A program made the translations under genes and the position numbers. Source: Pseudonocardia sp. (lineage in GTDB: Bacteria > Actinomycetota > Actinomycetes > Mycobacteriales > Pseudonocardiaceae). From it: a stretch of 64,000 nt of DNA. This document shows positions 40,701 through 49,669 of this stretch, in pieces (position 1 is the first letter of the stretch; each line of letters starts with the position of its first letter). The notes under the pieces were generated by a model. That model searched no databases and was not told the origin of the DNA. It was given only the letters and a program-made list of their open reading frames with translations. Location of the stretch: assembly GCF_025465255.1 (NCBI RefSeq), contig NZ_JAODNI010000113.1, positions 15 through 64,014 on the forward strand, given 5' to 3'.

Positions 40701-41589
40701 CTACCAGCAGGCCCGCGTGGGCCTGCGTCGGATCTCGGAACTGCTGCGCACGCCGACGTCGCTCGCCCAGGTCCCGGCCGCGGAGGAGATCGCCGTGCCG
40801 GAGCGGCTGCGCGGGGAGGTCGAGCTGCGGGACGTCGGCTTCACCTACGCCGGCACGGACGAGCGAGCGCTCTCCGACGTCCGGCTGCGCGTCGGGGCTG
40901 GGGAGACGGTCGCGCTGGTCGGGGCCACCGGGGCGGGCAAGTCCACGATGGTGAAGCTGCTCGCCCGGTTCTACGACGTGGGCGAGGGTGCCCTGCTCGT
41001 CGACGGCGTGGACGTGCGGCGCTACCCGCTGCAGCGTTACCGGCAACGGCTCGGGTTCGTGCCGCAGGAGCCGCACCTGTTCACCGGGGATGTCGCGGCG
41101 AACATCGCCTACGGCCAGCCGGACGCGAGCCCCGCGGAGATCGAGTCGGCGGCCCGGGCCGTCGGCGCGCTGGGCCTGGTGCGGTCGCTCCCGGGCGGCT
41201 TCCGCCATCCCGTCGGGGAGCGCGGCCAGGGGCTCTCGGCGGGGCAGCGCCAGCTCGTCGCGCTGGCCCGGGCCGAGCTCGTGGACCCGGACCTGCTGAT
41301 CTTCGACGAGGCCACCGCGGCGCTCGATCCCGCCACCGAGGCCGCCGTGCTCGAGGCGGGGGACCGGCTGACGTCGAAGCGCACGTCGTTCGTCGTCGCG
41401 CACCGGCTGGCGACGGCCGCGCGCTCGGACCGGATCGTCGTGCTGGACGGCGGACGGATCGTCGAGGAGGGGCCGCACGCCGAGCTCGTCGCGGCCGGAG
41501 GGCGGTATGCCGCGCTCTGGCGGGCCGGTGAACTGGAGCCCGCCGCGGAGGCCGCCGAGGAGGACGTCTCGGCGGCTCGTTCCGCCTGA
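37768..41589 (+). CDS. fused double ABC exporter (TMD-NBD-TMD-NBD)
   Basis: Two NBDs (GTAGSGKS/LSGGQRQR/LDDATS and GATGAGKS/LSAGQRQ/FDEATA), each preceded by a TM domain. Confidence 0.92.
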   Translation: MSSLPSSPEQSRRAGWIRRLTRACFAHRGVTVGALLASVFGVSLDALGPLLTRVAVDDAVRGVTDVLLPIVLAILGLAVVRFAASFARRYLAGRMALDVQHDLRRQVFASVQRLDGEKQDALRTGQVVSRSITDLQLVQSLLSMVPLTAGTIALVVASVAAMLYLSPLLTVISLIMLPLAAYITQRTRRSLFPATWSAQQRAADVAQQVEETVTGVRVVKGFGQESREVGTLEGLARKLFAERMRAARMTARLNPMLLALPSLGQVAVIGFGGWMALNGSISLGTFLAFTTYVAQLVGPARLVGSLVVSAQLARAGVERVYDLVDSMPEVTDPERPAALPDGPLSVELDAVRFGYTSREPVLDDVSLRVEPGETLALVGTAGSGKSTVALLLPRFYDPQSGALRLGGVDLRDLRLRDLRQELGVVFEEAFLFSDTIRANIAYGRPDASDEEIRSAAEAAQIGLFVESLPKGYDTEVGERGLTLSGGQRQRIALARAMLTDPRVLVLDDATSAVDTTTEAAIHATLRTLMQGRTTLLVAHRRSTLALADRVAVLDEGRVVDVGTEAELRARSPLFRELLAASTAEDDAGRVAPVEPEVQVDGVTASLWPDPGTVRVTGSDTALRSAAADAGHGGGGGPAGRGGGATAMVGGIAATPELLAAVDALPPATEDPRLGGEDPAAPDPTFRLVKLLRPVRWLLAAGMAFVALDALATLALPSIARYAVDGGITAGSGRVLAIAALIGIGVVAADAFVVAAQTVTTSRAGESLLYLLRVRSYAHLQRLGLDYYERELSGRIMTRMTTDVDALSTFLQTGLAQAVVSLLTVGGVAVALLVTDLALGLVALAVVPILVVATVVFRRVSSRAYTEAREKVSVVNADMQENVSGVRVAQAYVREERSAEAFSERSDAYRRSRMRAQRYIATYFPGVAFMSDIAQAAVLGVGAARVASGGLTPGILTAFLLYLGLFFTPVQQLSQVFDGYQQARVGLRRISELLRTPTSLAQVPAAEEIAVPERLRGEVELRDVGFTYAGTDERALSDVRLRVGAGETVALVGATGAGKSTMVKLLARFYDVGEGALLVDGVDVRRYPLQRYRQRLGFVPQEPHLFTGDVAANIAYGQPDASPAEIESAARAVGALGLVRSLPGGFRHPVGERGQGLSAGQRQLVALARAELVDPDLLIFDEATAALDPATEAAVLEAGDRLTSKRTSFVVAHRLATAARSDRIVVLDGGRIVEEGPHAELVAAGGRYAALWRAGELEPAAEAAEEDVSAARSA

Positions 41590-41677
41590 ATCGGCCGACC
41601 GCGGAGCACGGGCTCCGGCAGGCACGAGTGATCGATCCGTGGCGGAGTGCCGAAGCGGCGTGAGTTTTGGAGTATTC

Positions 41678-41695
41678 CTGCCTGAAATCGGGCAG
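41678..41695. promoter_or_regulatory. palindromic operator candidate upstream of the glmS operon
   Basis: CTGCCTGA-AA-TCGGGCAG (one mismatch) in an AT-richer intergenic stretch. Confidence 0.5.
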
Positions 41696-41735
41696 ATATT
41701 TGCTTCCGTGCTCCTCCTTCGGGCAAGCTCCCGCT

Positions 41736-42005
41736 GTGAGCGTCGTGCAGCACGAGGATCTGGTCGCGCATCTGGTCCAGAGCACATCGCTGAGCTGGGG
41801 CGAGGCGTTACGGGTGGTCGACGAGGTACTCGCGTACTTCGGCGAGCAGACCGAGGCCTTCGTCCGCCGCCGGCACTCCGAGCTGCAGGGGCGCGGGCTC
41901 ACCAACGACCGGATCTTCGCGCGGCTGGGCGCCGAACTGGCCGCCCGGCGGGTCGCTCCACCGGAGCTGTCCGCCCGTCAGCTGCGCCGGATCGTCTACG
42001 GATGA
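41736..42005 (+). CDS. small hypothetical protein directly upstream of glmS
   Basis: HEDLVAHLVQSTSLS...VLAYF...FVRRRH.ELQ...RQLRRIVYG. Confidence 0.75.
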   Translation: MSVVQHEDLVAHLVQSTSLSWGEALRVVDEVLAYFGEQTEAFVRRRHSELQGRGLTNDRIFARLGAELAARRVAPPELSARQLRRIVYG

Positions 42006-42031
42006 TCCAGACACGAGAAGGAGACGCCTGA

Positions 42032-43882
42032 GTGTGCGGGATCGTGGGATACGTCGGCGCACAGGACGCCGCACCGATCCTCCTGGAGGGTCTCGGGAGG
42101 CTGGAGTACCGCGGGTACGACTCGGCGGGCATCGCCGTGGTGCACCGCACGGGCAAGGGCCCGGCGACGCTGAAGGTGCGCAAGGCCAGCGGCCGGGTCG
42201 CGGACCTCGCCGCCGATCTGCCCGCCCGGTTCAAGGGCGCGCCCGGCATCGGGCACACCCGCTGGGCCACCCACGGTGAGCCGAGCGTGGCCAACGCGCA
42301 CCCGCACACGGACACGTCCGAGCGGATCGCGGTGGTCCACAACGGGATCATCGAGAACGCGGACGAGCTGCGGGCCAAGCTGACCGCGGACGGTGTCGAG
42401 TTCACCTCGCAGACGGACACCGAGACCGTCGCGCACCTGGTCGCGGCCGCGTACGTGAACGGCGCCGCGGACCTCGAGCAGGCCGTCCGGACCGCGCTGA
42501 AGCAGGTCGTGGGCGCGTACGGGATCGCCGTGCTGGACTCCGAGCACCCGGACCGGATCGTCGTCGCGCGCAACGGGTCCCCGGTGCTGCTCGGCGTCGG
42601 GGAGCGGGAGATGTTCGTGGCGAGCGACGTCTCCGCGCTCGTCGGCTACACCCGTCAGGTCGTCTACCTCGACGACGGCGAGCTGGCCACGATCACCGCC
42701 ACCGGCTACCGCACCTTCACCCTCGACGACCGCTCGACCGCCAAGCAGCCGTCCGAGGTGGACTGGGACGTCGTCGGCGCCGAGATCGGGGACCACGCCC
42801 ACTACCTGGTCAAGGAGATCGCCGAGCAGCCGCGCTCGATCGAGCGGGCGCTGCGCGGCCGCCTCGACGAGCGGTTCTCCACCGCGCACCTCGGCGGGCT
42901 GAACCTCACGATCCGCGAGGCCCGCGAGTTCAAGCGCGTCAAGATCCTCGGCTGTGGCTCGGCCTGCTACGCGGGCGAACTCGGGGCCCAGCTGATCGAG
43001 GACCTGGCCCGAGTGCCCGCGACGTCGGAGTCCGCGTCGGAGTTCCGCTACCGCAACCCGGTCGTCGAGCCGGACACGCTCTACGTCGCGGTCAGCCAGT
43101 CCGGCGAGACCGTGGACACCCTCGCCGCGGTGCAGGAGCTGCAGCGCAAGGGCGGCCGGGTCATCGGGATCATCAACGTGGTCGGCTCGACGATCGCGCG
43201 GCAGGTCGACGGCGGCATCTACATCCACGCCGGCCCCGAGATGTCCGTGGCCGCGACGAAGTCCTTCACCTCGACCCTCATCGCGTTCGCGCTCCTCGCG
43301 CTGCACCTCGGCCGGGTCCGGGACCTCGCGCCCACGGAGGGCCGCCGGATCATCGACGGCCTCAACCAGCTCCCGGCCCAGATCGAGCAGATCCTGGACG
43401 AGGAGAAGCGGACGGGGCTCATCGCCGAGACCGCGGCCGAGATCGCCCAGCGCCCCAGCGTGCTGTTCATCGGGCGCCGGCGAGGCTGGCCGGTGGCCAA
43501 GGAGGGCGCGCAGAAGTTCAAGGAGGTCTCTTACGTGCACGCCGAGGCCTACGCGTCCGCCGAGCTGAAGCACGGCCCGCTCGCGCTGGTCAGCCCCGAG
43601 CTGCCGACCGTCGCCTGCGTCCCGGACGACGATCTCTTCGAGAAGAACGTCTCTACGCTCGCCGAGATCCGGGCGCGCAAGGGCCCGGTCGTCGCGCTCG
43701 CCCACCGGGAGCTCTCGACGGACCTCGCGGACCGCACGATCGTCGTCCCGCGGAACGAGCCGGAGCTGGACCCGATCCTGATGTCGGTCCCGCTGCAGCT
43801 CCTGGCCTACCACGCGGCCGTGGCCCTGGACCGGGACGTCGACCGCCCGAGGAACCTGGCGAAGTCGGTCACCGTCGAGTAA
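42032..43882 (+). CDS. glmS: glutamine--fructose-6-phosphate transaminase
   Basis: MCGIVG, RGYDSAG, HTRWATHG, SQSGET, ELKHGP, PRNLAKSVTVE. Confidence 0.97.
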   Translation: MCGIVGYVGAQDAAPILLEGLGRLEYRGYDSAGIAVVHRTGKGPATLKVRKASGRVADLAADLPARFKGAPGIGHTRWATHGEPSVANAHPHTDTSERIAVVHNGIIENADELRAKLTADGVEFTSQTDTETVAHLVAAAYVNGAADLEQAVRTALKQVVGAYGIAVLDSEHPDRIVVARNGSPVLLGVGEREMFVASDVSALVGYTRQVVYLDDGELATITATGYRTFTLDDRSTAKQPSEVDWDVVGAEIGDHAHYLVKEIAEQPRSIERALRGRLDERFSTAHLGGLNLTIREAREFKRVKILGCGSACYAGELGAQLIEDLARVPATSESASEFRYRNPVVEPDTLYVAVSQSGETVDTLAAVQELQRKGGRVIGIINVVGSTIARQVDGGIYIHAGPEMSVAATKSFTSTLIAFALLALHLGRVRDLAPTEGRRIIDGLNQLPAQIEQILDEEKRTGLIAETAAEIAQRPSVLFIGRRRGWPVAKEGAQKFKEVSYVHAEAYASAELKHGPLALVSPELPTVACVPDDDLFEKNVSTLAEIRARKGPVVALAHRELSTDLADRTIVVPRNEPELDPILMSVPLQLLAYHAAVALDRDVDRPRNLAKSVTVE

Positions 43883-43888
43883 CCGCGC

Positions 43889-43941
43889 CATGGAGCCACA
43901 ACGCGGAAAATCGGCCCCTTCAGGGGCGTTGTGGCTCCATG
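43889..43941. repeat. long inverted repeat (REP-like/bidirectional terminator)
   Basis: CATGGAGCCACAACGC...GCGTTGTGGCTCCATG 16-bp perfect arms with an inner GCCCCT/AGGGGC hairpin. Confidence 0.8.
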
Positions 43942-43957
43942 ACGCGGTCGTCGGCGG

Positions 43958-44518
43958 TCAGGTGCGCGTTGGGGCTCCTTGGCGGGGGCCGGTCAGCCAC
44001 TCGGTCATGGGGCTGGTCAGCGGCGTCGTCATGGGCACGTGCGGGTGGCCGACGTAGGTCTCCACCGGGCCTGCCGTCCGCCAGCCGAGCCGGTGGAAGA
44101 AGCGCTCGTTGGGCAGCTGGACGTGGGCGAGCATGCGGATCCCGTCCCGGGCCCCCGCCGTCTCCACCGCGAACCGCACGAGCGGGCCGCCGATCCCCGC
44201 GGTCCGGAACTCCGGGAGCACCGCGAGCCGGTCGCCGAGCCATTCCCCGGACACCCCCGTCGGGTAGAGGCGGACGGTGCCGGCGGGGCGGCCGTCGTGC
44301 GTCGCGAGGACGTGGACGACGTCGTCCCGGGCGTCGTGCGCGTCGACGTCCGAGCCGTCGAACACGGCCTGCTCCTCGACGAACACCGCGCGGCGGATGC
44401 GGTGGTGCCAGGCCCGGGCGTCGGGGTCCGCGGCGGGCCGGCAGGCGACCGGATCCACCCCGACCACCACGTTCGACGCCCGGACGGGCCGGATCCGCTC
44501 CGCCGGTGCGGCGGTCAC
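43958..44518 (-). CDS. MSMEG_0567/Sll0786-family (NitE-like) GNAT acetyltransferase
   Basis: IRRAVFVEEQAVF...GTVRLY...WLGDRLAV...AHVQLPNERFF.RLGW; AGGAGG RBS before GTG 44518. Confidence 0.85.
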   Translation of the reverse strand: MTAAPAERIRPVRASNVVVGVDPVACRPAADPDARAWHHRIRRAVFVEEQAVFDGSDVDAHDARDDVVHVLATHDGRPAGTVRLYPTGVSGEWLGDRLAVLPEFRTAGIGGPLVRFAVETAGARDGIRMLAHVQLPNERFFHRLGWRTAGPVETYVGHPHVPMTTPLTSPMTEWLTGPRQGAPTRT

Positions 44519-44535
44519 CGAGCCCCTCCTGACCT

Positions 44536-44586
44536 GCACGAACGGCACTTTCGTGCGCCAGGTCGGCACGAGAGTGCCGTTCGTGC
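44536..44586. repeat. 21-bp inverted repeat (REP-like) between the radical SAM and GNAT genes
   Basis: GCACGAACGGCACTTTCGTGC-N9-GCACGAGAGTGCCGTTCGTGC, one mismatch; each arm is itself partly palindromic. Confidence 0.8.
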
Positions 44587-44609
44587 GGTGCGGAGTGTGC
44601 GGGGCGCGG

Positions 44610-45797
44610 TCATGCGCTCGGGCGCTTTCCGATCTGCAGGAGCGGGGCGGCGCCGGGCGCGCCGGTGCCGCAGGGCGTGCCGCGGCGCTGATCTCCCTGG
44701 CTGGACTGCTGCACGAGGTTGAGCGACGAGCACGCCTGGCACCGCGCGCAGCCCGCGACCGCGGTGTCCGCGCCCAGCCCGCGCGCGGCGAGGAACCCGG
44801 CGACCTTGCGGTAGATCGGCTCCGTGTACTCCCGCGACGGCGCCGGCACGTCCTCCATCAGCGACCCCGCGACGGGCCGCAGCGGGACGACGAACGGGTA
44901 CACGCCGATGTCGACGGCGCGCCGGCACATCTCCACGGTCAGATCCGGGTCCTCGCCCATCCCGAGGATCACGTATGTCGAGACGCGGCCCTCGCCGAAG
45001 AGCTGCACCGCCCGCTCCCACGTGCGGAAGTAGGCGTCGATCCCGGTCCGGAACTTGCCCGGCGCGACCCGCGCGAGCACCGCCGGGTCGAAGGACTCGA
45101 CGTGCACGCCGACGGAGTCGACGCCCATGTCGTGCACCTGGTCGAGCACCGAGAGGTCCCGCGGCGGCTCGAACTGCACCTCGACGGGTAGCCCCGCGGC
45201 CTCCTTCACGGCCTGCCCGCAGCGCGCGACGTACAACGCGCCGCGGTCCGGGGCCACCGACGAACCGGTGGTCAGCGTGGCGTCGACGGCGCCGTCGAGG
45301 TCCCGGGCGGCGACGGCCACCTCGGCGAGCATCTCGGGCGTCTTCTTCGCGATCGTGTTCCCGGCGGCCAGCGAGACGCCGATGCCGCAGAAGCCGCACT
45401 GGTCCGAGTTGCCCCAGTAGTTGCAGGCCTGCACGACCGTCGACGCCAGCGAGTCCAGGTGCAGCAGCGCGATCTGGTGGTACGGGACGCCGTCGGCGGT
45501 CTCGAGGTCGTAGAACCGGGGCCGTCGCGTCCCCGCCACCGAGGCGACCTTCACGCCGTCCCGGAAGATCCCCTGGCCGTCGTCCTCGGCGCGCAGGGAG
45601 TACGGCGAGGTCTCGCTCGGTGGGACCGTGACGGGCACGCCCTCGATCCAGAGCATCCCCGAGTCCGAGGGACCCGCGCCGCCCGTGCGGGAGGTCTCCA
45701 GGGTGGTCTCGATCCGCAGGCCGACGCTCTGCAGATCCATGATCAGCTCGGCCACGTGGGCCGAGGTGCCGGCAGGAGTCCGGTCGAGCACGGTCAT
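44610..45797 (-). CDS. MSMEG_0568-family (NitD-like) radical SAM protein
   Basis: RTGGAGPSD; LASTVVQACNYWGNSDQCGFC (CX8CX2C); STYVILGMGE; YPFVVP; C-terminal GCARCQACS. Confidence 0.9.
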   Translation of the reverse strand: MTVLDRTPAGTSAHVAELIMDLQSVGLRIETTLETSRTGGAGPSDSGMLWIEGVPVTVPPSETSPYSLRAEDDGQGIFRDGVKVASVAGTRRPRFYDLETADGVPYHQIALLHLDSLASTVVQACNYWGNSDQCGFCGIGVSLAAGNTIAKKTPEMLAEVAVAARDLDGAVDATLTTGSSVAPDRGALYVARCGQAVKEAAGLPVEVQFEPPRDLSVLDQVHDMGVDSVGVHVESFDPAVLARVAPGKFRTGIDAYFRTWERAVQLFGEGRVSTYVILGMGEDPDLTVEMCRRAVDIGVYPFVVPLRPVAGSLMEDVPAPSREYTEPIYRKVAGFLAARGLGADTAVAGCARCQACSSLNLVQQSSQGDQRRGTPCGTGAPGAAPLLQIGKRPSA

Positions 45798-45837
45798 CCG
45801 ATGATCCCCTCGCACGTACTCGGATAGGAGGCGTCCG

Positions 45838-45876
45838 TCTCCTATAGGAGATGTCCGATAGTCAACTATGGTGGAC
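45838..45876. promoter_or_regulatory. two related palindromes in the divergent radical SAM / glycosyltransferase promoter
   Basis: Perfect TCTCCTATAGGAGA (45838-45851) and imperfect GTCAACTATGGTGGAC (45861-45876). Confidence 0.6.
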
Positions 45877-45887
45877 GAGGATGCAAC

Positions 45888-47075
45888 ATGGTGAACGGAG
45901 CGGATGTGTCACAACCCGGCCCGCGAGTGGCCCTGATCAGCCATTCGACGACGCCCCGCGGCGGCCACGTGCATACGATCGGGCTGGCCGAGGCCCTGCA
46001 CCGGGCCGGTGACCGCGTCTACCTCGTCGCACTGGGGGACCCCGCGAAGGGCCTCTACCGCTCCGTCGACGTGCCGCACACGGTCGTCCGCGGGCCCGCG
46101 CGGGCGGGCACGACGCTCACCGAACGGACCCTCGCCGGGATCGAGCTGCTCGCCGCCGGCCTCGCCGAGCGGATCGGGGAGTTCGACGTCCTGCACGCCC
46201 AGGACTGCATCGCCGCGCGCGCCGCGCTGGCTGCCCGCGCCCGCACCGGCGCGCCGGTCCCGGTACTGCGCACCGCCCACCACGTGGACGACTTCACCAC
46301 CCCGGTCCTGGTCGACTGCCAGCGCCGCGCCGTCACCGAGCCGGACCGTGTCCTGGTGGTGAGCGAACAGTGGCGGCGGATCCTCGCCACGGACTTCGGG
46401 GTGTCGACGACGATCGTGCCCAACGGCGTGGACACCGGCCGCTTCCCACCGGCCACCCCGGAGGCGACGCACGCGCTACGGGAGCGCGTCGGCGCGCGGG
46501 AGCGGTTCCTGCTGCTCGCGGTGGGCGGGATCGAGCCCCGCAAGGGGACGGTCCACGCGTTCCGGGCGCTCGCGCGGCTCCGCTCCGAGGGCCTCGACCC
46601 GGTGCTCGCGATCGTCGGCGGGCACTCGTTCCAGGACTTCGCGCCGTACCGGGACGCCGCGCTCGTCGAGCTCCCGGGCCTGGGGCTCCAGCTCGGCCGG
46701 GACGTCGTCGAGCTCGGCACGGTCTCCGACGCCGAGCTGGGCTGCTGGTACGAGGCCGCGGACGCACTCTGCTACCCGTCGACGGCGGAGGGCTTCGGCC
46801 TGGTCGCGATCGAGGCGATGGGGCTCGGGCTGCCGGTCGTCGCCAGCGACCTGCCCGTGTTCCGCGAGCACCTCATCGACGACGTCGACGCGCTGCTCCC
46901 GGCCGTCGGGGACGACCACGCGCTCGCCGCGGCGCTCCGCCGGATCGTCACCGACGCGGAGCTCCGCGCGCGGCTGGCGACGTCCGGACGCCTGAGCGCG
47001 GGCCGCTTCACCTGGGAGAACTCGGCGGACGTCCACCGCGGCATCTACCGGGAGCTCGTCCCGGCACCGGCCTGA
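45888..47075 (+). CDS. MSMEG_0565-family glycosyltransferase (GT4)
   Basis: HSTTPRGGHVHT..LAEAL, HAQDCI, RTAHHVDDFTT...CQ, GGIEPRKG, GGHSFQD, EGFGL. Confidence 0.88.
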   Translation: MVNGADVSQPGPRVALISHSTTPRGGHVHTIGLAEALHRAGDRVYLVALGDPAKGLYRSVDVPHTVVRGPARAGTTLTERTLAGIELLAAGLAERIGEFDVLHAQDCIAARAALAARARTGAPVPVLRTAHHVDDFTTPVLVDCQRRAVTEPDRVLVVSEQWRRILATDFGVSTTIVPNGVDTGRFPPATPEATHALRERVGARERFLLLAVGGIEPRKGTVHAFRALARLRSEGLDPVLAIVGGHSFQDFAPYRDAALVELPGLGLQLGRDVVELGTVSDAELGCWYEAADALCYPSTAEGFGLVAIEAMGLGLPVVASDLPVFREHLIDDVDALLPAVGDDHALAAALRRIVTDAELRARLATSGRLSAGRFTWENSADVHRGIYRELVPAPA

Positions 47076-47076
47076 C

Positions 47077-48618
47077 CTACTCGGCGAGCAGCCGCGCGAC
47101 CCGGGACTCCGCGACCGACCGTCTCGGGTCCCCGGCGGGCAGCAGGTCCGCCAGCCGCTCGTGCACCTCGAGGTCGTCCCGGCCGAGCGGGTGGGCGCCG
47201 AAGGTGTGCAGCAGGTCCACGTCGTCCGAGTCCAGGACGGCCCGGCGCAGGGCGGCCTCCAGCTCGTCCCGGACGGCGCGGATCTCGGGGGCGTCGGAGC
47301 GCGGGAGCAGCGGCCCGGCGCAGACCCGGATCGCGTCCGCCACCCGGCCGCTCTCCAGCGCGCGCCGGACGGCGCCGAAGTCCGTGTCGACCGTCGCGTC
47401 CAGCCGGTAGGGGCGGGTCTTGAGGACGTCCGCGCCGATCGAGGCGCGCAGCCGGTGGATCTCCCCGCGCACCGTCGTCTGGTTGCCGTCGTCGCCGTAG
47501 AGCAGGTAGGCGAGGCGTTCGGCGGTGAGGCCCTCCGGGTGCAGGGCCAGCGCCGCGAGCATCTCCGCGGGACGCAACGTCATCGGGATGGGGGTGCCGT
47601 CCAGCACCGCGCGCGGGGTCCCGTCGCCCATGAACCGCAGGGCGAGGGCGTGCCGGTCGGGCGCCGGCGCCTCGGGCACGGCGGTCGCCCGGCTCGAGCC
47701 GCGCGGCAGGGCGGATCTCCGCGAGATCTCCCGCAGCAGGTAGCCCTCGGCCAGCGGCTCGACCAGCAGCCGGCGGCCGTCGGCGAGCTCGATGCGGTCC
47801 GCGCCGTCGACGATCGGGACGCGCTCGGGCCACCAGCCGTACGGCTCGCCGGCGACGACCCGGCCGCTGGGCGTGACCAGCGCGCCCGCGGTCCCGCGCA
47901 GGCTCTGCAGGTGCGGCATGTTCCGCAGCCGCATCCGCTCGTCGGCGATCGCGAGCTGCACCCGGAGCTGGTTCTCGGCGAGCTGGGCGGTGGTGGTGAC
48001 CAGCGCGAGCATCGCCGGGTGGATGGTCCGCCGGGGGCCGGTGATGTCGATGGCGCCGATGATCCGGCCGGTGTCCGGGTCGTGCACCGGGGCGGCGACG
48101 CAGGTCCAGGCGTGGATCGTGCGGACGAGGTGCTCGGTGGAATGGATCTGGACGGGGCGGCCCACCGCGAGCGTGGTGCCCATCGCGTTCGTGCCCATCG
48201 CGTCCTCGGACCAGCGCGACCCCTCGACGAGGCCGACCCGGTCCGCCGGGCGCAGCACCGCACTGGCGCCCTCGCGCCACAGGACGACGCCGTCCGCGTC
48301 CGTGACCAGGACTACGTGCATGGCCTCGTCCGCGATGCTCACCAGGTTGCTGCGCAGCAGCGGCATCACGGTGTGCAGCGGGTGGGCGGAGAGGCGGGCC
48401 CTGCTCTCGCGACGGTCGTAGGTGATCGGCGGCGTACGGCGTTCGGGATCGATGTCCGCGGCGAGGCTGCGCTGCCAGGACTCCGAGACCAGGCTGCGGA
48501 GCGGCGTGCCGCCGGAGCGGTCGTCCACGACGGCGGCGTACAGCTCGTCGAGCATGCGGGCCCGGCCGGGATCCCCGGCGGGACCGGTGTCCCGCTCGAC
48601 CACGCCGTCGACTGGCAT
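47077..48618 (-). CDS. GAF-domain transcriptional regulator (AcoR-like N-terminus, no sigma54 AAA domain)
   Basis: SESWQRS, TDADGVVLWREG, WSEDAMGTNAMGT, HAWTCVAAPVHDP; C-terminal HTH region TVRGEIHRLR...RPYRL. Confidence 0.85.
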   Translation of the reverse strand: MPVDGVVERDTGPAGDPGRARMLDELYAAVVDDRSGGTPLRSLVSESWQRSLAADIDPERRTPPITYDRRESRARLSAHPLHTVMPLLRSNLVSIADEAMHVVLVTDADGVVLWREGASAVLRPADRVGLVEGSRWSEDAMGTNAMGTTLAVGRPVQIHSTEHLVRTIHAWTCVAAPVHDPDTGRIIGAIDITGPRRTIHPAMLALVTTTAQLAENQLRVQLAIADERMRLRNMPHLQSLRGTAGALVTPSGRVVAGEPYGWWPERVPIVDGADRIELADGRRLLVEPLAEGYLLREISRRSALPRGSSRATAVPEAPAPDRHALALRFMGDGTPRAVLDGTPIPMTLRPAEMLAALALHPEGLTAERLAYLLYGDDGNQTTVRGEIHRLRASIGADVLKTRPYRLDATVDTDFGAVRRALESGRVADAIRVCAGPLLPRSDAPEIRAVRDELEAALRRAVLDSDDVDLLHTFGAHPLGRDDLEVHERLADLLPAGDPRRSVAESRVARLLAE

Positions 48619-48819
48619 CCGCACCCCGTATGTCGCTGTTCCGGTGTAGTCCCGGACCGTCCTCGTTCCCGTCGCGCGCACCACCGCGGCGGAGACTCCG
48701 CCGCAGGCCCGCGCTGCCCCGCGCGACCCTCGCCCGCGGCCATCATCGGCCACCCCCACCCGGATAGGCAAGGCGACGAACGCCTGGCCGATAGGTCAGG
48801 TCCAGCCGGCGGCGGGCGT

Positions 48820-48852
48820 GCAACGAACGGGCAACGTGACACAACTTACCGT
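48820..48852 (+). promoter_or_regulatory. GCAACG direct-repeat box plus -10 upstream of the response regulator
   Basis: GCAACGAACGGGCAACGTG-N8-TACCGT; the same layout recurs at 50401-50433. Confidence 0.6.
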
Positions 48853-48891
48853 GCGGTGCGCACGGTCCCCGTCACACATCGGAGGTACGCG

Positions 48892-49659
48892 ATGACGGTG
48901 TTGTCCTCGGACACCCTGCCGGACGCCGCTCCCGCCCGGCCGGCCCGGCCGCACTTCGCCCCGCCCGTCACCGCTCGCGTACCCGAGGGCGACCTCGCCC
49001 TGCGGACGGCCAGGGTGCTCGTCGTGGAGAGCGAGGCGATCGTCCGGCTAGGGCTGCGCCAGCTCTTCGCCGCCGAGCCCGACCTGCGGATCGTCGCCGA
49101 GGCGGCCACCCCGCGGGACGCCCTCTTCGCCGCGGACCGCGTCCGCCCGGACCTCGTGCTGCTCGACGTGGACCTCGGCCGCGGGGACGCCGCCGGCCTG
49201 GACGTCGCCCGCGCGCTGCTGCAACGCCACCGCGGCACCAAGATCCTCGTGCTCACCGCCTGCCGGGACCGCGACGTCATGCTCCGCACCATCCGCCTAG
49301 GGGTCCACGGCTACCTGCGCAAGGGCGCGGAGACGGCCGAGATCGTGCAGGCGGCCCGGACGCTGCTCCGCGGCGAGAGCGTCTTCGACTCGCGCACCAC
49401 CGCGATCGTGATGGACGCGCTGCGGGACACCGAGCGCCCGGCTCCCGGTGTGACCGGACCCCGCGGCGCCCTGCTGACGGACCGGGAGACCCAGGTCCTG
49501 CGCCTGCTCGCCACCGGGATGTCCAACCGCGAGATCGGCGCCGAGCTCGTCATCAGCGAGGCGACCGTCAAGTTCCACGTCCGGAACCTGCGGGACAAGC
49601 TCGACGTCCGCCGCCGCACGGAGATCGTCTACACCGCGACCCGGCAGGGGATCGTCTGA
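48892..49659 (+). CDS. orphan NarL/LuxR family response regulator
   Basis: Receiver PDLVLLDVDL...GYLRK; HTH LTDRETQVL...GMSNREIG...TVKFHV; GGAGG RBS. Confidence 0.9.
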   Translation: MTVLSSDTLPDAAPARPARPHFAPPVTARVPEGDLALRTARVLVVESEAIVRLGLRQLFAAEPDLRIVAEAATPRDALFAADRVRPDLVLLDVDLGRGDAAGLDVARALLQRHRGTKILVLTACRDRDVMLRTIRLGVHGYLRKGAETAEIVQAARTLLRGESVFDSRTTAIVMDALRDTERPAPGVTGPRGALLTDRETQVLRLLATGMSNREIGAELVISEATVKFHVRNLRDKLDVRRRTEIVYTATRQGIV

Positions 49660-49669
49660 CCGTCGGCGC

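Noticed and set aside
41590..42031. glmS ribozyme
   Set aside because: The region is mostly occupied by a small ORF and no ribozyme core was recognised; that RNA is mainly found in Firmicutes.
44519..44569. N-terminal extension of the GNAT given in the ORF track (start 44569)
   Set aside because: It runs through a REP-like inverted repeat; the AGGAGG RBS supports GTG 44518.
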